Below, in pieces: positions 12,761 to 25,899 of a DNA stretch of 64,000 nucleotides. Position 1 is the first letter of the stretch. Every line of letters starts with the position of its first letter. The stretch spans positions 83,826,001-83,890,000 of the forward strand of contig CM052816.1 of NCBI GenBank assembly GCA_028534125.1. The letters are read 5' to 3'. A program made the translations under genes and the position numbers. Origin of the DNA: Lama glama (lineage: Eukaryota). The notes under the pieces are model-generated. The model ran no database searches, was not told the DNA's origin, and worked only from the letters and a program-made list of their open reading frames with translations.

Positions 12761-13049
12761 AATGTGCCATTGGGTAATCAGAAATAGAATGGAATTTGTT
12801 TCCAACCCACACCCCACTCCCTCATGGCTACTTCTTGAAACTTTTTTTTTTTCCTTATTTTGGCTGATGTGGGTTGTACCAAATATTTTGTGACTGCCAT
12901 GGTGATCATCTTACAGTAAATTACCATTTTTCCAATCTCCATTATCTGTTCTTTGCTTCTCAGCTGCCTGACTCTATACTGAGTTTTATTTTCACTAGAG
13001 CACCCTATTTATCAGGAAAGAATTTTTATTCCAGGTACATTGAGTCTCT

Positions 13050-13760
13050 TCAAATGAACAATAAAAAGTAGGTGGTATAACAGAAAAAATGAGCACAAAA
13101 GTGAATTATATACAAATAGCTTATAATCCTATGGAAAAGAGTGTAACCATGTTAACATCAAGGAAAAGCAAAATTTTGCCACCAAAGTGGCAAAAACAAA
13201 AGCAAAATAATTCACTTTGTGGATGGGAGGTAAAATTGGTGCTTTGAAAATTAGATTGAGATTATGGAGTAATTTTGAATATGTGCATAATTTACGACAC
13301 AGAAATCTTGTTACAGTGTTTCACAACTAATCTAAGAAATAGGTTGAGGAAGAAAACAAAATCCTTCAATAATCTGATAAATAATTAGATAATTTCAAAT
13401 TAATACAATGAATTACTGTAGAACAATGAGAATAAACTGAGTGTTCATACAATAACATAATTCTCAGAAACACTGGCTAAAACAAACATCAAATAATGTA
13501 TAGTGTGATTAAATAAGAAAAACAGGCAAAACTAAATTATTTTTAGGTGCAGATACATAGGCAATATAATTTTAAAGAAAATTAAAGAGGTCATTATCAT
13601 GAATTTTAAGATAAAGCTTACATCCAAGTCAGTTGCAGATGGCTGTGATAATCATAGATGAATAGCTGGGAACTCCTACAGTGCTAACCATAAAACCTGC
13701 TATGGTTCTTTGTTTTAATTTATTTGAACTATGCATGTATATTTTTCTAGACTGCTCTTT
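13050..13760 (+). mobile_element. Ancient L1ME-like 3' fragment
   Basis: gtggatgggaggtaaaattggt, atacaatgaattactgtagaacaatg and aaaacaggcaaaactaaatt are typical degraded L1ME 3' motifs. Confidence 0.6.
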
Positions 13761-13959
13761 ACACTACAATTCTATCATACGTTATCTATTTATGATAGCA
13801 CTCTAGTAAAATATGCATAAACTAATTTAAAGACACAGCAATTGTTCCCACAATAAAACAAACCTAGTAATTATGATCTAACTGCCCAAAAAACTAAACT
13901 CTTAAAAAAATTTACAGATTATTACTTTTCCAATAGGCAAACAGAACCTCAGATGGTTT

Positions 13960-14110
13960 GGCTAATTTCTCCAGCATTGTCCTGTACTAGCGCCTTGAAC
14001 TTGAGAAAGATACTTTGTATCTCTGAACTTGTTTTATCATTTATCCAACTGAGATGATAAGGGAACCTGGACCGTATGATGGTTGTGAGGGTTTAATAAT
14101 ATGTGATATG
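13960..14110 (+). mobile_element. MIR fragment
   Basis: ctctgaacttgttttatcatttatccaactgagatgataa...ggttgtgagggtttaat matches the MIR core. Confidence 0.6.
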
Positions 14111-14134
14111 AAAACTATTTTGCATTACCTCATT

Positions 14135-14170
14135 AATAATAATAATAATAATAGTAATAATAATAATAAT
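14135..14170. repeat. (AAT)n microsatellite
   Basis: aataataataataataatagtaataataataataat. Confidence 0.95.
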
Positions 14171-14927
14171 TCTTAGTTAATTAGTAACTGAACTGGGGCT
14201 GCTCTTGAGTTTTCCTACTTCACAATGTAGTCCTCATTCCCCTAACACATTCTGCTTTTAGGTCCCTCAAGGGCTCTGCGCAATTTAGTTATATTTTCAG
14301 AAACATAAATCATCTCTGTCAAGCCTAGTATGTCTAGGCAAACATTCCATTATGGTGATATTAAATTTTAATTTGGGGGGAATAAAATGTAGCCAGCAAG
14401 ATTCACACCCTCATTAGATGAAAATACACTGCCTCTCAAGGTGATGTCAATAACTGTACTGAGAATACGATCAGCAACTCTAGAATCTTAGAAAGAAACT
14501 ACCAACCACTAGAATGATTCTCAACAATTTATCTCTTTAGAAATAGTGAGTATGATCAATTTTGAAATGTTTGTATATGAGCCTTACTGAAACAAAAACA
14601 TAGAAATTTGAAATTTTAAAACTTGCCTGATAATTAGCAAAAGCAAGTCATGGGTCACCAATTGGTTATTTCTCTATTTGTTGAGTTTCAATGACCTTAA
14701 TATTCACAATATAAAATTCATTGTGATACAAATGGATGGTTAAGGCAAGCAGAAACACCCTCGTCTAATTTTAAAACTTATTTGCTCTTATTTTATATTG
14801 CATTTCAGCTCACAAATTTAATACATTTTCTTTTGTACAACCAGAATTCTTATTAACAAGTTCATGAAATAATAACATAAACAAAGGCTACACAAAGTTG
14901 AGGTCATTTAGTTAATACTTAAAATTT

Positions 14928-14943
14928 CCACCAGATGGCGATC
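14928..14943 (+). promoter_or_regulatory. Candidate CTCF binding site
   Basis: CCACCAGATGGCG closely matches the CTCF core (CCACCAGRKGGCG). It keeps its CpG inside very AT-rich flanks. Confidence 0.45.
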
Positions 14944-15379
14944 TATCCTCTAAAATACTAAAGAGAATTAGACAAAATATGAAAACTCAATGCTTAAAAG
15001 TTTGAAAAGTTGAAATAATCAAATACAAGTTATTTCATATCTTAAACCATCCAAAATAACTTATTATAAATTGAATTAGAAATAGGTATCTTAATATTTA
15101 ATTGTTATAATTTTAATTTTTTTAACAATTGGAGGTAAAAAATCTTTTTAAAAACACTTTTTAATAGAGACTTCTGGTTAACAAGACTAAATAACAAACT
15201 TTAATGTGTTTTCTTTAATTATGCACATATTTTAAAATATTACTCATGCATATAAAGATCAATTGAGGCAAGAACTACAGATATTAACAAAATAATACCT
15301 AGTTGCTAAGCGCTCACACTCCACTAGGGAAAAAATAAAAGCATAAAAATATTTACAATATAATTTGGTAAGACAGTGC

Positions 15380-16340
15380 ATTTATGCTTTATTAGTAAGG
15401 GGGAGAAATTATTATATGTCAAAGTTTTTTTCAGGAAAAAGAGATTTTCACAGAGGAGATAACAGTTTTGTTGACTTTAAAGAGGGTAAAAATCAGTATT
15501 TTTTCAGATGAGAAAGATAGAAAGTGATTCAAGCAAGGGAAACCAGTGTGTAGCAAGCCAAAAGTATGAGAAAAATCCTGGGTTATTCGGGAAATAGGGC
15601 AGTATGGGGAGTGGCCAAGGACTAAAATGAGAAGAGATTCAAGAATGCAGATGCATGGCAGAGAGTGACTGTGAAGGGCTTGAGACCTCTAAAAGTTTTC
15701 AAAATATAAGCTACAGAAAAGGAAGCTCATTGAATATATTGAAGACATGAATGATTACTTGGGAAGCTGGGAAATCGGGGACAAATTCTGTAGTCTGGGA
15801 AAGAGCAGCTGAAAGCCTAATTAAAACAAGGGGAGGGGAAATGAAATTAAAGCAAAGTAACAGAGACAAAAAATATATAAGGAAATGTACCTCTTACTGA
15901 TGACTTATCGTATCCCTTTAGAACAAATGCTTGCCATGGACCCAAAATTTTCAAGATGATTGTTTCCCCATTTCACCTTTATAATATTGAAAATAGCCAT
16001 ATAATTGAGGTGAGGGGGCAACAGCTAGTATTTTCGAAGTTTTTGATTTGCATTAGGGTCAATATTGCTTTAATCAATATAGAGAATGTTTAGGTAAGAA
16101 GCCTACACAAGGTTAAGACAGAGAGAGGGAGAGGTGTGGTAGTTATTTCAGATTTGATATAGTGATCTATCCAAGGACAACCTAGTCGTCACGCATAAAA
16201 AGTAGCTGAGAATATGGATGAGGCTGGAATGTTACAGAGATCCGAACTGCAACAAAGATTTGCCAATCAAGTCTGAGAAGCTATGTTTTAGAAACGGACA
16301 AGGTTGCCCACAGTGGTAGTAGGGAAAAAAGTAAAGGACT
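15380..16340 (-). mobile_element. Degraded L2 fragments
   Basis: Purine-rich L2-like motifs (caagcaagggaaaccagtgtgtagcaagcc; agtagctgagaatatggatgaggctgga). Confidence 0.5.
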
Positions 16341-16388
16341 CTGGAGAAAATTAATTCTTAAGCAGAAATATAATATAATATAATATAA

Positions 16389-16595
16389 TAGTTGTCCATT
16401 GAACAACTCGAGGAATAGAAGTGCCTACCCTCCAAGCAGTGGACAATCTGTGTGTAACTTTGTGGTCAGCCCTCAGTATCCATGGTTCCACATCCTCAGA
16501 ACAACAGCAGTGGATCATGCAATATCCACTATTGAAAAAATCCGTATGTAAATAGATTCGGGAAATTTAAATCTGTGTTGATAAAGGATCAACTG
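16389..16595. mobile_element. Tigger-family MITE (MER8-like)
   Basis: Inverted termini tagttgtccattgaacaac and gttgataaaggatcaactg. Inserted within a (TAATA)n tract. Confidence 0.8.
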
Positions 16596-16629
16596 TAATA
16601 TAATATAAATAAAATAATATAAATATTAA

Positions 16630-16880
16630 TAGTTAACATCCACTGAGATTTTATCGTGTGCCAGACCCTCAGTGAAATGCTTTCAATCCACTAGCTCCTT
16701 TATCCTATAAACAAATTTATGAAGCAGGCACTATTGTTATTCCAATTTTACAGGAAAGAAAATAGGCCCAGAGAAGTTACGCGAATTAATCAAGGTGACA
16801 CAGCAGGAGTGGGGCAAAGTCAAGTCCTAAACCTGGATTATCAGACTTTATACTTTGAGCTTTTCTTTCCTAGGTTGTGC
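16630..16880 (-). mobile_element. MIR SINE
   Basis: gtgtgccaga...tattccaattttacagg...gcccagagaagtta...caaggtgacacagc is the reverse MIR consensus. Confidence 0.8.
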
Positions 16881-17039
16881 TGTCTTTTACGATAGAGTTC
16901 TATCCAAACTCCCACATATTTTCCATTTCTGACTTAATGGAGTGATGTGTTATATAAACAAATAACCAAATGATGAACACTTCTCCAATTTCTCTATAAA
17001 TCCTACTTGTGTATAACGAATTAAGTTTTTTTTTTAATT

Positions 17040-17400
17040 GAAAAAAGGCAGTAACTACAATGAGTTGCAACAGAATAAACATGAAGATGTAAAAGAGGGC
17101 ATCAGAATCATTAAAGGTGGGGGAGTGGAGCAAGAAAATATAGATTTTTCTCTCTTCTTTTCATTCTTTTTAGGATGTGTTTGAGCTTATATGACTATCA
17201 GTTTAAAGTTTTGGACCTTACATCGGATTCACAGCTTGCTTCCTTACTTCCTTTTTCTCTTCCTTCCTTTCTTCCTTTCTTTTTTAATCTTTTTTATTTT
17301 TTTAAAAATAATTTTTACTTCTATATCTGTAACATTGGGTTAATGTTTGTTTATTAGTTTCTTTCCCTAGATTACATTTGTTAATAAGGAGAGTCTGGGA
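17040..17400. mobile_element. Rearranged L1 fragments (inter-ORF spacer on +, ORF2 piece on -)
   Basis: aaacatgaagatgtaaaagagggcatca...ggatgtgtttgagcttatatgactatcagtttaaag resembles the L1 inter-ORF region. aacattgggttaatgtttg...tttccctag is reverse ORF2-like. Confidence 0.5.
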
Positions 17401-18324
17401 ATGTCTTTATGACATATATATTTCAACACATTAAAAATTGGAGCAAGTGATCATAACTTAACCAAAGTTGTCTGTTGGGGGGAGGCTGTTGTAACTGTTG
17501 CTGCTATTGATTTGTTTGGTTCTTAACTGGAAAAAAATTAATTTGACTTTAGGCACAGGTGGGGAGAAGGAATCAGTAGAAAGACAGGTTGATGTTACAA
17601 GTGGGAGGAGAATTGAGGAGGAAATATAGGTACTTGAGAGTCAGCTAGGGAAGTAGGTAACAAGAGGACAAAGGTCAACCTTAGGATGATAATGTACACC
17701 TTCCAAAAACAAAAGAAAGAAAAAAGGAATGAGGAGGCAGATAAATTTCTGCTGAAAATTTCTATCCCCTGCAGCAGAGTTGGAATAGGCAGTGGGAAAA
17801 TAATCTAATTATGGACATGAGCATTTAACCGCCTCACTCATCCAGGGAAAAAAAAAAAAGTGAGGTAAACAAATAACAATTTTAAAGGAACTTAAGAGAG
17901 ATTCTGGTTTTGAAATACAGTGTTGTGCATCCCAAACACTGAATGCATAACACAATTGTTACCAAAGCAGAAATGCAGAATTTCAAAGTTTACTTTTCTT
18001 TCTTAAGAAATCCTGTGTTGCTGTGGTGCCTTTCTTGTATTTGGAAATGAGTCATAATTGAGCACACATATTTGAAAATTAATAAGTTGGTGTCTGTTTA
18101 CTTGGTGCCCTTTGATGATGCATCGTAAGTGAAAGAACATATCAACAAATAACAACAAAAAGATAAAGAAGAGCATCCAAAAGCAGTGCATCAAATATCC
18201 TAAGCATAAACACAGATGCTTTATAGATGACCAATCATTTTTAATTTTTAACTAAGATTTTACTTTTGTTCAAGCCAATAACTGTTGAATTATGCCTTGA
18301 TTTATATCTAGGTTGATTTATCTC

Positions 18325-18945
18325 TATAGCCAAATCTGTAGCCACTAACCACATGGGACTAATTCAGTTTACATTTACCTTAACTGAATGTAAATACAAT
18401 TAATTATTCAATAACTCAGTCAAAATAGCCAAATTTCAAGGGTTCGGTAGCCACACATGGCTAGTGGCTACCATATTGGCCACTAAAGAAAAAGAGTATT
18501 TCCATTGACCAAGGCAGCCTTAATTTTCCCTTCAGCTTGACTAAACTCTAGACAGGCTGTTTCCAGACTGTAGGTCCAGACCTCCCTCTCCTTACAGCTT
18601 TTGAGCTTTTTTTCTCCCCCCTTCAAGGATTTAAGGATCCTTTTGAAATGTAAATATCAAGGAAGAGTGCACCTCTATTTCCCAGTGTTTGGGAGAAAGT
18701 AGAAGCCTAACTTCAGTAAACACTTCACTCCAGTAATAAAGATCTGAGAAAGTTTACTTTTCCTTCTCCTCAAACCAATTAGCAAATTCAGTAGCCCTTC
18801 CCCTGCTCTTAAAATCCTCCTGCTCTTTATCTCAGCGGAGGTGAGTTCATTCTGGCCTCCCTCACCTTGAAGAAAGTCTTCCTTGCCTGCTTAACATTAT
18901 CTGGTGAAATGTTTTACTCTGGCATCATTAAAGTAAAAAGCTGTC
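18325..18945. mobile_element. hAT-Charlie MITE (MER3-like) interrupted by an LTR
   Basis: gtagccactaaccacatgg...tttcaagggttcggtagccacacatggctagtggctaccatattgg. Confidence 0.8.
18506..18924 (+). mobile_element. ERV1-type solo LTR
   Basis: TG...CA termini and a 4-bp near-TSD (ccat 18502-18505, tcat 18925-18928). Homologous to the LTR at ~3755-4253. Confidence 0.8.
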
Positions 18946-21900
18946 CTGCAGTGTGGGAATCCATGTTAAGGAAGAACAAAGGGAAAATGTTCTGTTAACA
19001 ATTGGCTGATGTTAGAATAGTCTTTCTTGAACTTTTGAGAAAAATCATTGTCCTTTCTTCCTCTGTGCTTTCATGTTCTTTATGATGGAATACTCATGTC
19101 TAGAGAAGAAAATAGAAATTACCTCAAAATTACAAGATTTCCTGGCAGAATGATTTAAGAGCAACAGGAACTACTGTTCTTAAAGCTCTGATTTTATACT
19201 TTGCTTTTCAAAATTAAGTTAGTTATAAGACATTATAAAATAGAGATAACACAATTCACCTCAAGCTTTGAAAACAACCGGTAAATCTTTTACCTGGGGT
19301 ATCAGCTTGACAACTCCAAACTTGCCATCCTAAAAAAGTAATTAATGATTGAAATCAGAGTTGTTTTTTCTTTTTTTCCCCCTCTTTATATGTCTTCAGA
19401 GTAAGTCAAATAGAAGAAAATGTTTGAATCAATTAAGTTAAAAAAATTTTTTTTGAATTCTTTAAGTGAGTTCAAAAGTGAATAATGAAAATTATATGCA
19501 AATATGTATGCATGCATGTGGGGTGTGTGTGTGTGCACATGTGGGCATCTACAGCTATGTATTTACATAACTTAGCAAACAAAAACATTTTTATGGAGAG
19601 TCATTTTTACAGATACAAGTTGTCAAATGACAATAATGTATATTATCATAATTGCATGAAACATAGGCATCATATACCATTTAATATTTCTGAGTTTAGT
19701 TTTATTCACTCTGCAAGGAGAATTTGGAAACACTTGTGGGGAAACCTATACAAAAATCTATTATTTCCACAGTCCGGTCTTTCAGGTATTTGGCCCACAC
19801 GTATTTTCCTCTTCCATTATTTTTATTGACTTACAACATAATACACAAGGGTTTGTATCAAAATAATAAATCTTTTCTATTTCAAATCTATTTAAATTTA
19901 CTTTCTTAATATTTAAGCAACATTGCTGTAATTGTAAGTACAAGTAGCATAACTTACTTTGAAAAATCCAACCTATTTTCTTAGGTATAAAACCCACATG
20001 GTGGAAGCAGACAGAACTTAATGGCCATCCAGAGGGAAGCTGACCTGTTACAGGCATTTGGTGTACCCAAGCCATCAATCAGTCTGATTTACAGAGGCAA
20101 AAGTGCTCATAGACTTGTCCAGCAAGTAGTTAAGTGAAAAAAGGCCAGCTGATCAAATTTGTAAGGTTTTTTTTTTTTAATTCTGCTGAGAAAAGTCATT
20201 CTTACTTGGATATCTAATTTGGTTAAATATATTAATTAAATATCCAAGGTCATTTAGTAATGTAATAACATCTTACATAGACACTGTGTGGTGTCATTAT
20301 AAGACTCACTCTTCCAGTAAGAATTGGTCCATTTATTAGGACATAATATTGATTTACTTTTCCTAGTGCATCATGAGGCATATTAAAAACTTGACCCTTA
20401 TCCATAAATAGGTGATATATTGAGGAACTAAATTATAGATATTAATGTAGGACAAACATGCACATGTATAAAAAGTTAATACATCTCTCACATTAACATT
20501 AGGTTGTAATGTAAGCATCTAAGTGTATGAAGATCCTGACTAAAATCACAGCTTGGCTTTGAACATTTAATAAATATTACAGGAGAATATAGCAGCAAGA
20601 AGCATCGGCTTCCAGAAGTCAATGAAGGTTCCAACACCTGAGTTCAGCCAGCAAAAACAAACAAACAAAACCCTAGGCTATGAAGTATAGGCCAGCCCTA
20701 TATGGTTAAGGAAACAAACAAACAAACAAAGCCTTTCATCAAGTTAACATTCATTTTTCCTTTAGAGGAAAATGAGTTTTCAGATCCCTTGTTAAGGATG
20801 AGGAATCTCGTGCCAAAGCCAACATCATTTGTAGATGTAGGCTTGATCTTTCTACCAGTCATTGAGAAAACAAACAACCAGACAACCAAAATACACCAAT
20901 TTTCCATTCTCCTTTCCTTGGTTTTCTTCCTCTCAAGTTCATGTCCCATTTTCTGCTTCATCAATGAATTCCCTGCTCTAGTCATTGAAAGTATTTAAAG
21001 TTTTTCAAGTTAGTTTGATCTAATAAAATAAGACACATTCCACGTTCTACAAGCTAGCTTTTTGTTGGTTTAAAAATCTCCTTCAGTTTTGTTTTCTTTA
21101 ATATTTGTTCAAATGGTCTGTTGCATAAACTCTTTGCCTAGGTTGGAGCCCTGATTCTGGTCCAACTAAAGAATCTTTATTTACTAGAGAGTAGGAGAAA
21201 TTTCACAATAAATTCATTTATAAATAAGGAGCACTGGAAAGTAAATTGAGTTTGCCTTAGGTTTTATGTCAAGGGGAGGTGGCAGTGGGTACAAGAAAAG
21301 ATTTTTGAGGTTCTGATACCATTAGAAGAGTTCTCAAAGAGGAATGATTTAGTGAGATATATATTAAAGGTCCTCGGTTAAAATAAGTAAATCACATATT
21401 TTTTCTCTATATTATTCTATTAGCTACTCTCAAAACATTTACCTCTAGCTATACTGTATCACTAATCTCTTAAGGGGTAACTGTTTGCAACCTATTAGCT
21501 CCTGTCTGTGCTACTGGAGAAGGACACCTCTTGGGGACTCTGGTTCGCCTTAGCACGAGAGTCTCTTGCAGCAGACTTGTGGTCACATATGTCCTGTGTG
21601 ACCCAAGCACTTCTGGCTATCACTGGGATCCAGAGATAAACACTTCATTGAAACTGAGCAGTTTCTTTGTCCCCAGTGTTTAAAATTTGGTGCAGTGAGA
21701 GTCTAAAATGAAGATACCCTAGAGCTGCCCGAGGCTAATTCTAGCACTCAGAAAGGGGTTTTCAACCCCTGCTACTTCAGCCTGTCACTGCCCTGATGCA
21801 GGCTTGCCTGAACCCTGGTGTTCTAACTTCCATTTTCCCAAGGTTTGATTTCTGTTGTTTACTTAAATAATGTAAACAGTTTAAAATGAATAAAAGATTC

Positions 21901-22936
21901 TTTTTCTACATACTTCATGGCCAAAACTGAATAAGTGCAGTGGAACAAGAAGAAGAGAAAAAAAAAAAGGGTATTCAAGCTGAGAATTGACTTACCGTGA
22001 TTTAATGATGTACAGGTTGAGACATGCTTGATGATGTGAGAAATAACATCTCACACACTCAAGTGGATTGGAGACAAGAGATATGCTTATTGTGGATAAT
22101 AATCCAGAGAATGCTCCAAGGCTACTGAATTATCTACAAATGGATAGAGGCACAAGAGGTTTGCACTGAAGGAAGGATGCTGCATTGAACAGTAGGGTGA
22201 CCTTGTGCTCACATTATGTTTTCAGAACATCATGATCACAGGCTCCTACTTTTGAAATACATTCATGCACACACACAGGCACACAGGTGAGATCAGGGAA
22301 CTATGTCCTTATGTCAGTATAGAGGAGTTTTAAAGATTGTGGGTATGTATCACATTTTAAATTGATGATGCTGAGAGATGAGTGCCAGTCTGTAGTAATT
22401 TGTCTTTATCACCTTTGCTTTTAGATGAAAAGATAATTTATCTTTTAAAGAAGGAGAAAGTAAATTTACTGTAAGAGACAAAGATATCCATATGCAGTTC
22501 AATATAATGAAATTGCAAACCATAATAAACCCCTGTGATTCCTTTAGTCATATGCAACAATGCATATTTACTCTAAGGAAATGGCCTCAGCCTTATTCTT
22601 TATTGTGATTTGATTTGCTTTGACTTGGTTTTCTACTTGACAGCATTTGACTTCAAAATCTAGGAGGAACAGAACTGCATTATCAATTCAGAAGATGATT
22701 TAAAAAAATCACAAACGAATGCAAAAATATTAGGCAAAAATGTCTTTTATACAGTAAGCCAGAGAACAACACAATAATTGAGAGTTACATCAGGAAGAAA
22801 TTGAAATCACTTTACAGTTTTACATGCACTAAAATAATTGAAATGATTTTTTAATCTATTTTATATATAGTAGTTAATATTAGCAATTCTAGAACTTCCA
22901 ATATATCCCTTCAAACACCCTTTACTCCAATAACTG

Positions 22937-23120
22937 TAAGTTTCTTCTGCATAGCACAGGGAACTATATTCAATAGCTTGCAGTAACCTATAATGAAAAA
23001 GAATGTGAAAACAAATATATGTATATGTATGACTGAAACATTATGTTGTACACCAGAAATTGACACACTATAACTGACTATACTGCAATAAATTTTTTAA
23101 AAATTTAAAAATTAAATAAA
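22937..23120 (+). mobile_element. Short L1 3' end, same family as 6883-7524
   Basis: gcatagcacagggaactatattcaa...tgtacaccagaaattgacac...caataaa plus A/T tail. Possible TSD aataactg/aataattg. Confidence 0.9.
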
Positions 23121-24080
23121 ATAATTGACCTGAGTACTAAAGTTGATAGCAGACACAAAGTTCTTTTATAAACTCAAATTTATAGGAAAACTCCCAGCTT
23201 TCAGGATTAAAAAACAATTAAAAGATTTAGAAATCATTTTCTCCTATAGCAAGTATTCTTTTCCAGAAAACATCCAGAATAGAGATAGAAAAGATACCTA
23301 ACAAAGGAGAGTTGATAGTGAAAGTTTAGTGCAAGAATGTTTGAAAGAAGTGTGGTCCTAATTTGAATCAACATCTAATTAGTTCATTTAATTACTCAGT
23401 GCCAAGAATAATTGATTTCAGTCCAAGAAACAGAAACACTTCTACTATGGGGATAAAAGTAATTTTGGCCCTTTAAATTGGAAGCTGGGCAAAGGTTGCC
23501 TCTAAAGAGTGTGTAACATGAGTGAGGTTTTATCATCTATTTGAACTATTATTTCAACAGCTTCCCCACAATTATCATAACATTAAATACCAATGTCATT
23601 TAGAGCTGGATTATAAAATACTCACATTCCTGAAACAAACTTCCACATCATCTATACAAAAAGGTATCGTGCACAGATATAATTAAGAATGTAGATACTA
23701 ACACTATTAGCAGCTTTGGTCATAGCTATTTATAGGTTATTATTTTTATGAAATATTTGTTATATTTGATGTTTTAATCCCTTAGTGGCAAGAACAACTT
23801 TTTTTTTTAAAACCACATTGCTTCCTCTTTGAATCTGTGAAAGGAAGGAAAAACCTCCCTCTGTACTAGTTCTTACTTGTCTACATTTATCAAACTAATG
23901 TCTTCTCCAATGAAGAATCATTTACCCTGCCCTCATCCTGTCCTTAAATGCTTGAACTTAGAATGGGGCACTTCATGTACCATGAAGCAGTTTCCTGGGG
24001 CGACGTTTTTCGGGGACTATGGGAACAAAGAAGCTGAACCTGGTCTATGCAGCTTTTTAGGCAGCATGGGGAGTTCCTCC

Positions 24081-24990
24081 TTTTTATTTTGTAATTTTTT
24101 TTAAACTTCTTTCTTTCTTTTTTTTCTTTACAGTGTGAGCTGGTCTCAAGTCAGTGTACAGGTAAGCCCTGGCTGCCTCTGCATCTCAACTTACTCCCCC
24201 TGGGGACCAAAAGCCTTCATATATCCACAAAATGGGAGCCCACTGATGGATGGCATCTCAAAACAAAACAAACAAAAAGAGCAAGTATTAAAGCGAAGAT
24301 TTATGTTTAAATGGATTACATAATTTACACAAAAGCAATGCTATCACCATCACCTGAGTGGACTCAGGCGAAGACTGGCCCTTTTTCTAGGGGGAATCTG
24401 GGAAGCTTTTGGGAAGGCAAGGGACTTCCTGTAACGAGGCAGCTCACGACATTTGGAATGACTTTTTTAAAAAAAGAACAATGTACAATTAAAGTCATCA
24501 GCGACATTGTAGAACATTGAAGGTGCTTGTTCCAACTGACTGCTGTCGCATTTAATGTCGTCATTAGCAAGGACCTCTATGCCAACACAATGCTGTCTGG
24601 TGGGAACACCGAGTACTTAGGCATTGCTGACAAGATGCGGAGGGAGATCATCACCTTGGCTCCCAGCACCATGAAGATCAAGGTTATGATGCCCATTGAG
24701 CACAAGTATTCCATGTGGACTTACAGCTCCATCCTGGCCTCTCTATCCACCTTCAAGCAGATGTGGATCAGCAAGTAGGAGCAGTCTGGCCTCTCTATGG
24801 TCCACAGCAAATGTTTCCAGGCAGATGGGTAGATGCATTAAACCCTGTCTTGACAAAACCTATCTTAGGCAGAAAATGAGATGAGATTGGCATGGCTTGA
24901 TTTGGTTTTTGTTTGTTTTATTCTATTCTATTCTGTTCTATCCTATTCTATTCATTTTTGGTGCTTGACTCAGGATTTAAAAATTGGAAT
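24081..24990 (-). pseudogene. ACTB: Processed beta-actin pseudogene, 5'-truncated with a twin-priming inversion
   Basis: 24550-24990 (+) encodes [12 protein letters not shown]...[14 protein letters not shown]...KYSMW...[16 protein letters not shown] (premature stop 24776-24778), followed by the ACTB proximal 3'UTR (cttgacaaaacct; gatgagattggcatggct; gcttgactcaggatttaaaaa). 24130-24549 is the reverse complement of the distal ACTB 3'UTR (ggcagccagggcttacctgtacactgacttgagaccag). T-rich tail at ~24081-24129. No introns. Confidence 0.95.
24917..24953. repeat. (TTCTA)n microsatellite inside the ACTB retrocopy UTR
   Basis: ttctattctattctgttctatcctattctattc. Confidence 0.85.
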
Positions 24991-25899
24991 GAAAGTTCCT
25001 TTTAAGACATGGAGACCTGCAGAGGGCATCCACTCCACCCATGAGTGCTCTTAGGTCTGTAGGTGCTGGCATCGGCTTCTTATAGCTCAGTAAACATTAT
25101 TTAATTACTACAAAAACATACCTAATTTTAATTCATCACCTAATCAAATACATAGAGTGCATTTTCTTTCTAAAATGATCCATTATTTAAAAATATTACA
25201 CACTAAACTCCATCATGTTTTAATGTATGCTTCTGAAGTAGATTCTCTAAGTGCCATGGCTGACTGAGCATGACTTGATCTTTGTCCTACTGAAATCTTA
25301 CAGGCAGAAAAATAGAATAGAAATATCTTATTCTGCAATGCCACACAGAATTCCCTCCAGGCTGCCTTGCATTTTGTTTTATATTCTATGACTCCTAATA
25401 TTGCCTTTTAAAAATGTTTCTGCTCATTATCAGATAAGACAAGTTAGTTACCAAAATTTGGAACTGGCACGAAACTATCAACATATTTGCTTATTATATG
25501 TAGTCTTATAAATATTCATTATCATCATATTTTAGGACTATACAGTAAAATTAAAATTGTAATATTTACTATTGCATTATGAATATATTCTTATTTCAGG
25601 AAAGAGTTTTAAATGAGAATTTTGAGTGCTGCATAGCATTTCAATGTATGGGTATATCACTATTCATATAACCAATATCATATTGGAAAATTAAACTTTT
25701 TCCTTGTGTACTATTATTATTATTATCACTTTGAAATTTCTTTACATGATAGCAGAAAGATCAAGTTGCAATACTGTGTATTTTTGATGACAGTTGAAAC
25801 ACAATATACAATTTACATTAGATTCTGTAAAACATTATTATGCCCATTCAGCTTTGTACATTCCTATTTCTGATACCGTCTTCCACATTATCTTCCAGC

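Noticed and set aside
13174..13195. Perfect 9-bp hairpin ttttgccac-caaa-gtggcaaaa, terminator-like
   Set aside because: It lies in a degraded L1 in a mammalian genome. It is too short for a pre-miRNA and has no functional context.
20698..20998. Overlapping 95-aa and 98-aa ORFs on both strands
   Set aside because: No recognisable domain, they include a simple AAAC repeat, and their length is expected by chance.
24527..24778. Actin-like ORF as a functional gene
   Set aside because: It is only a C-terminal fragment with a premature stop, many substitutions at invariant residues, and an N-terminus drawn from inverted UTR.
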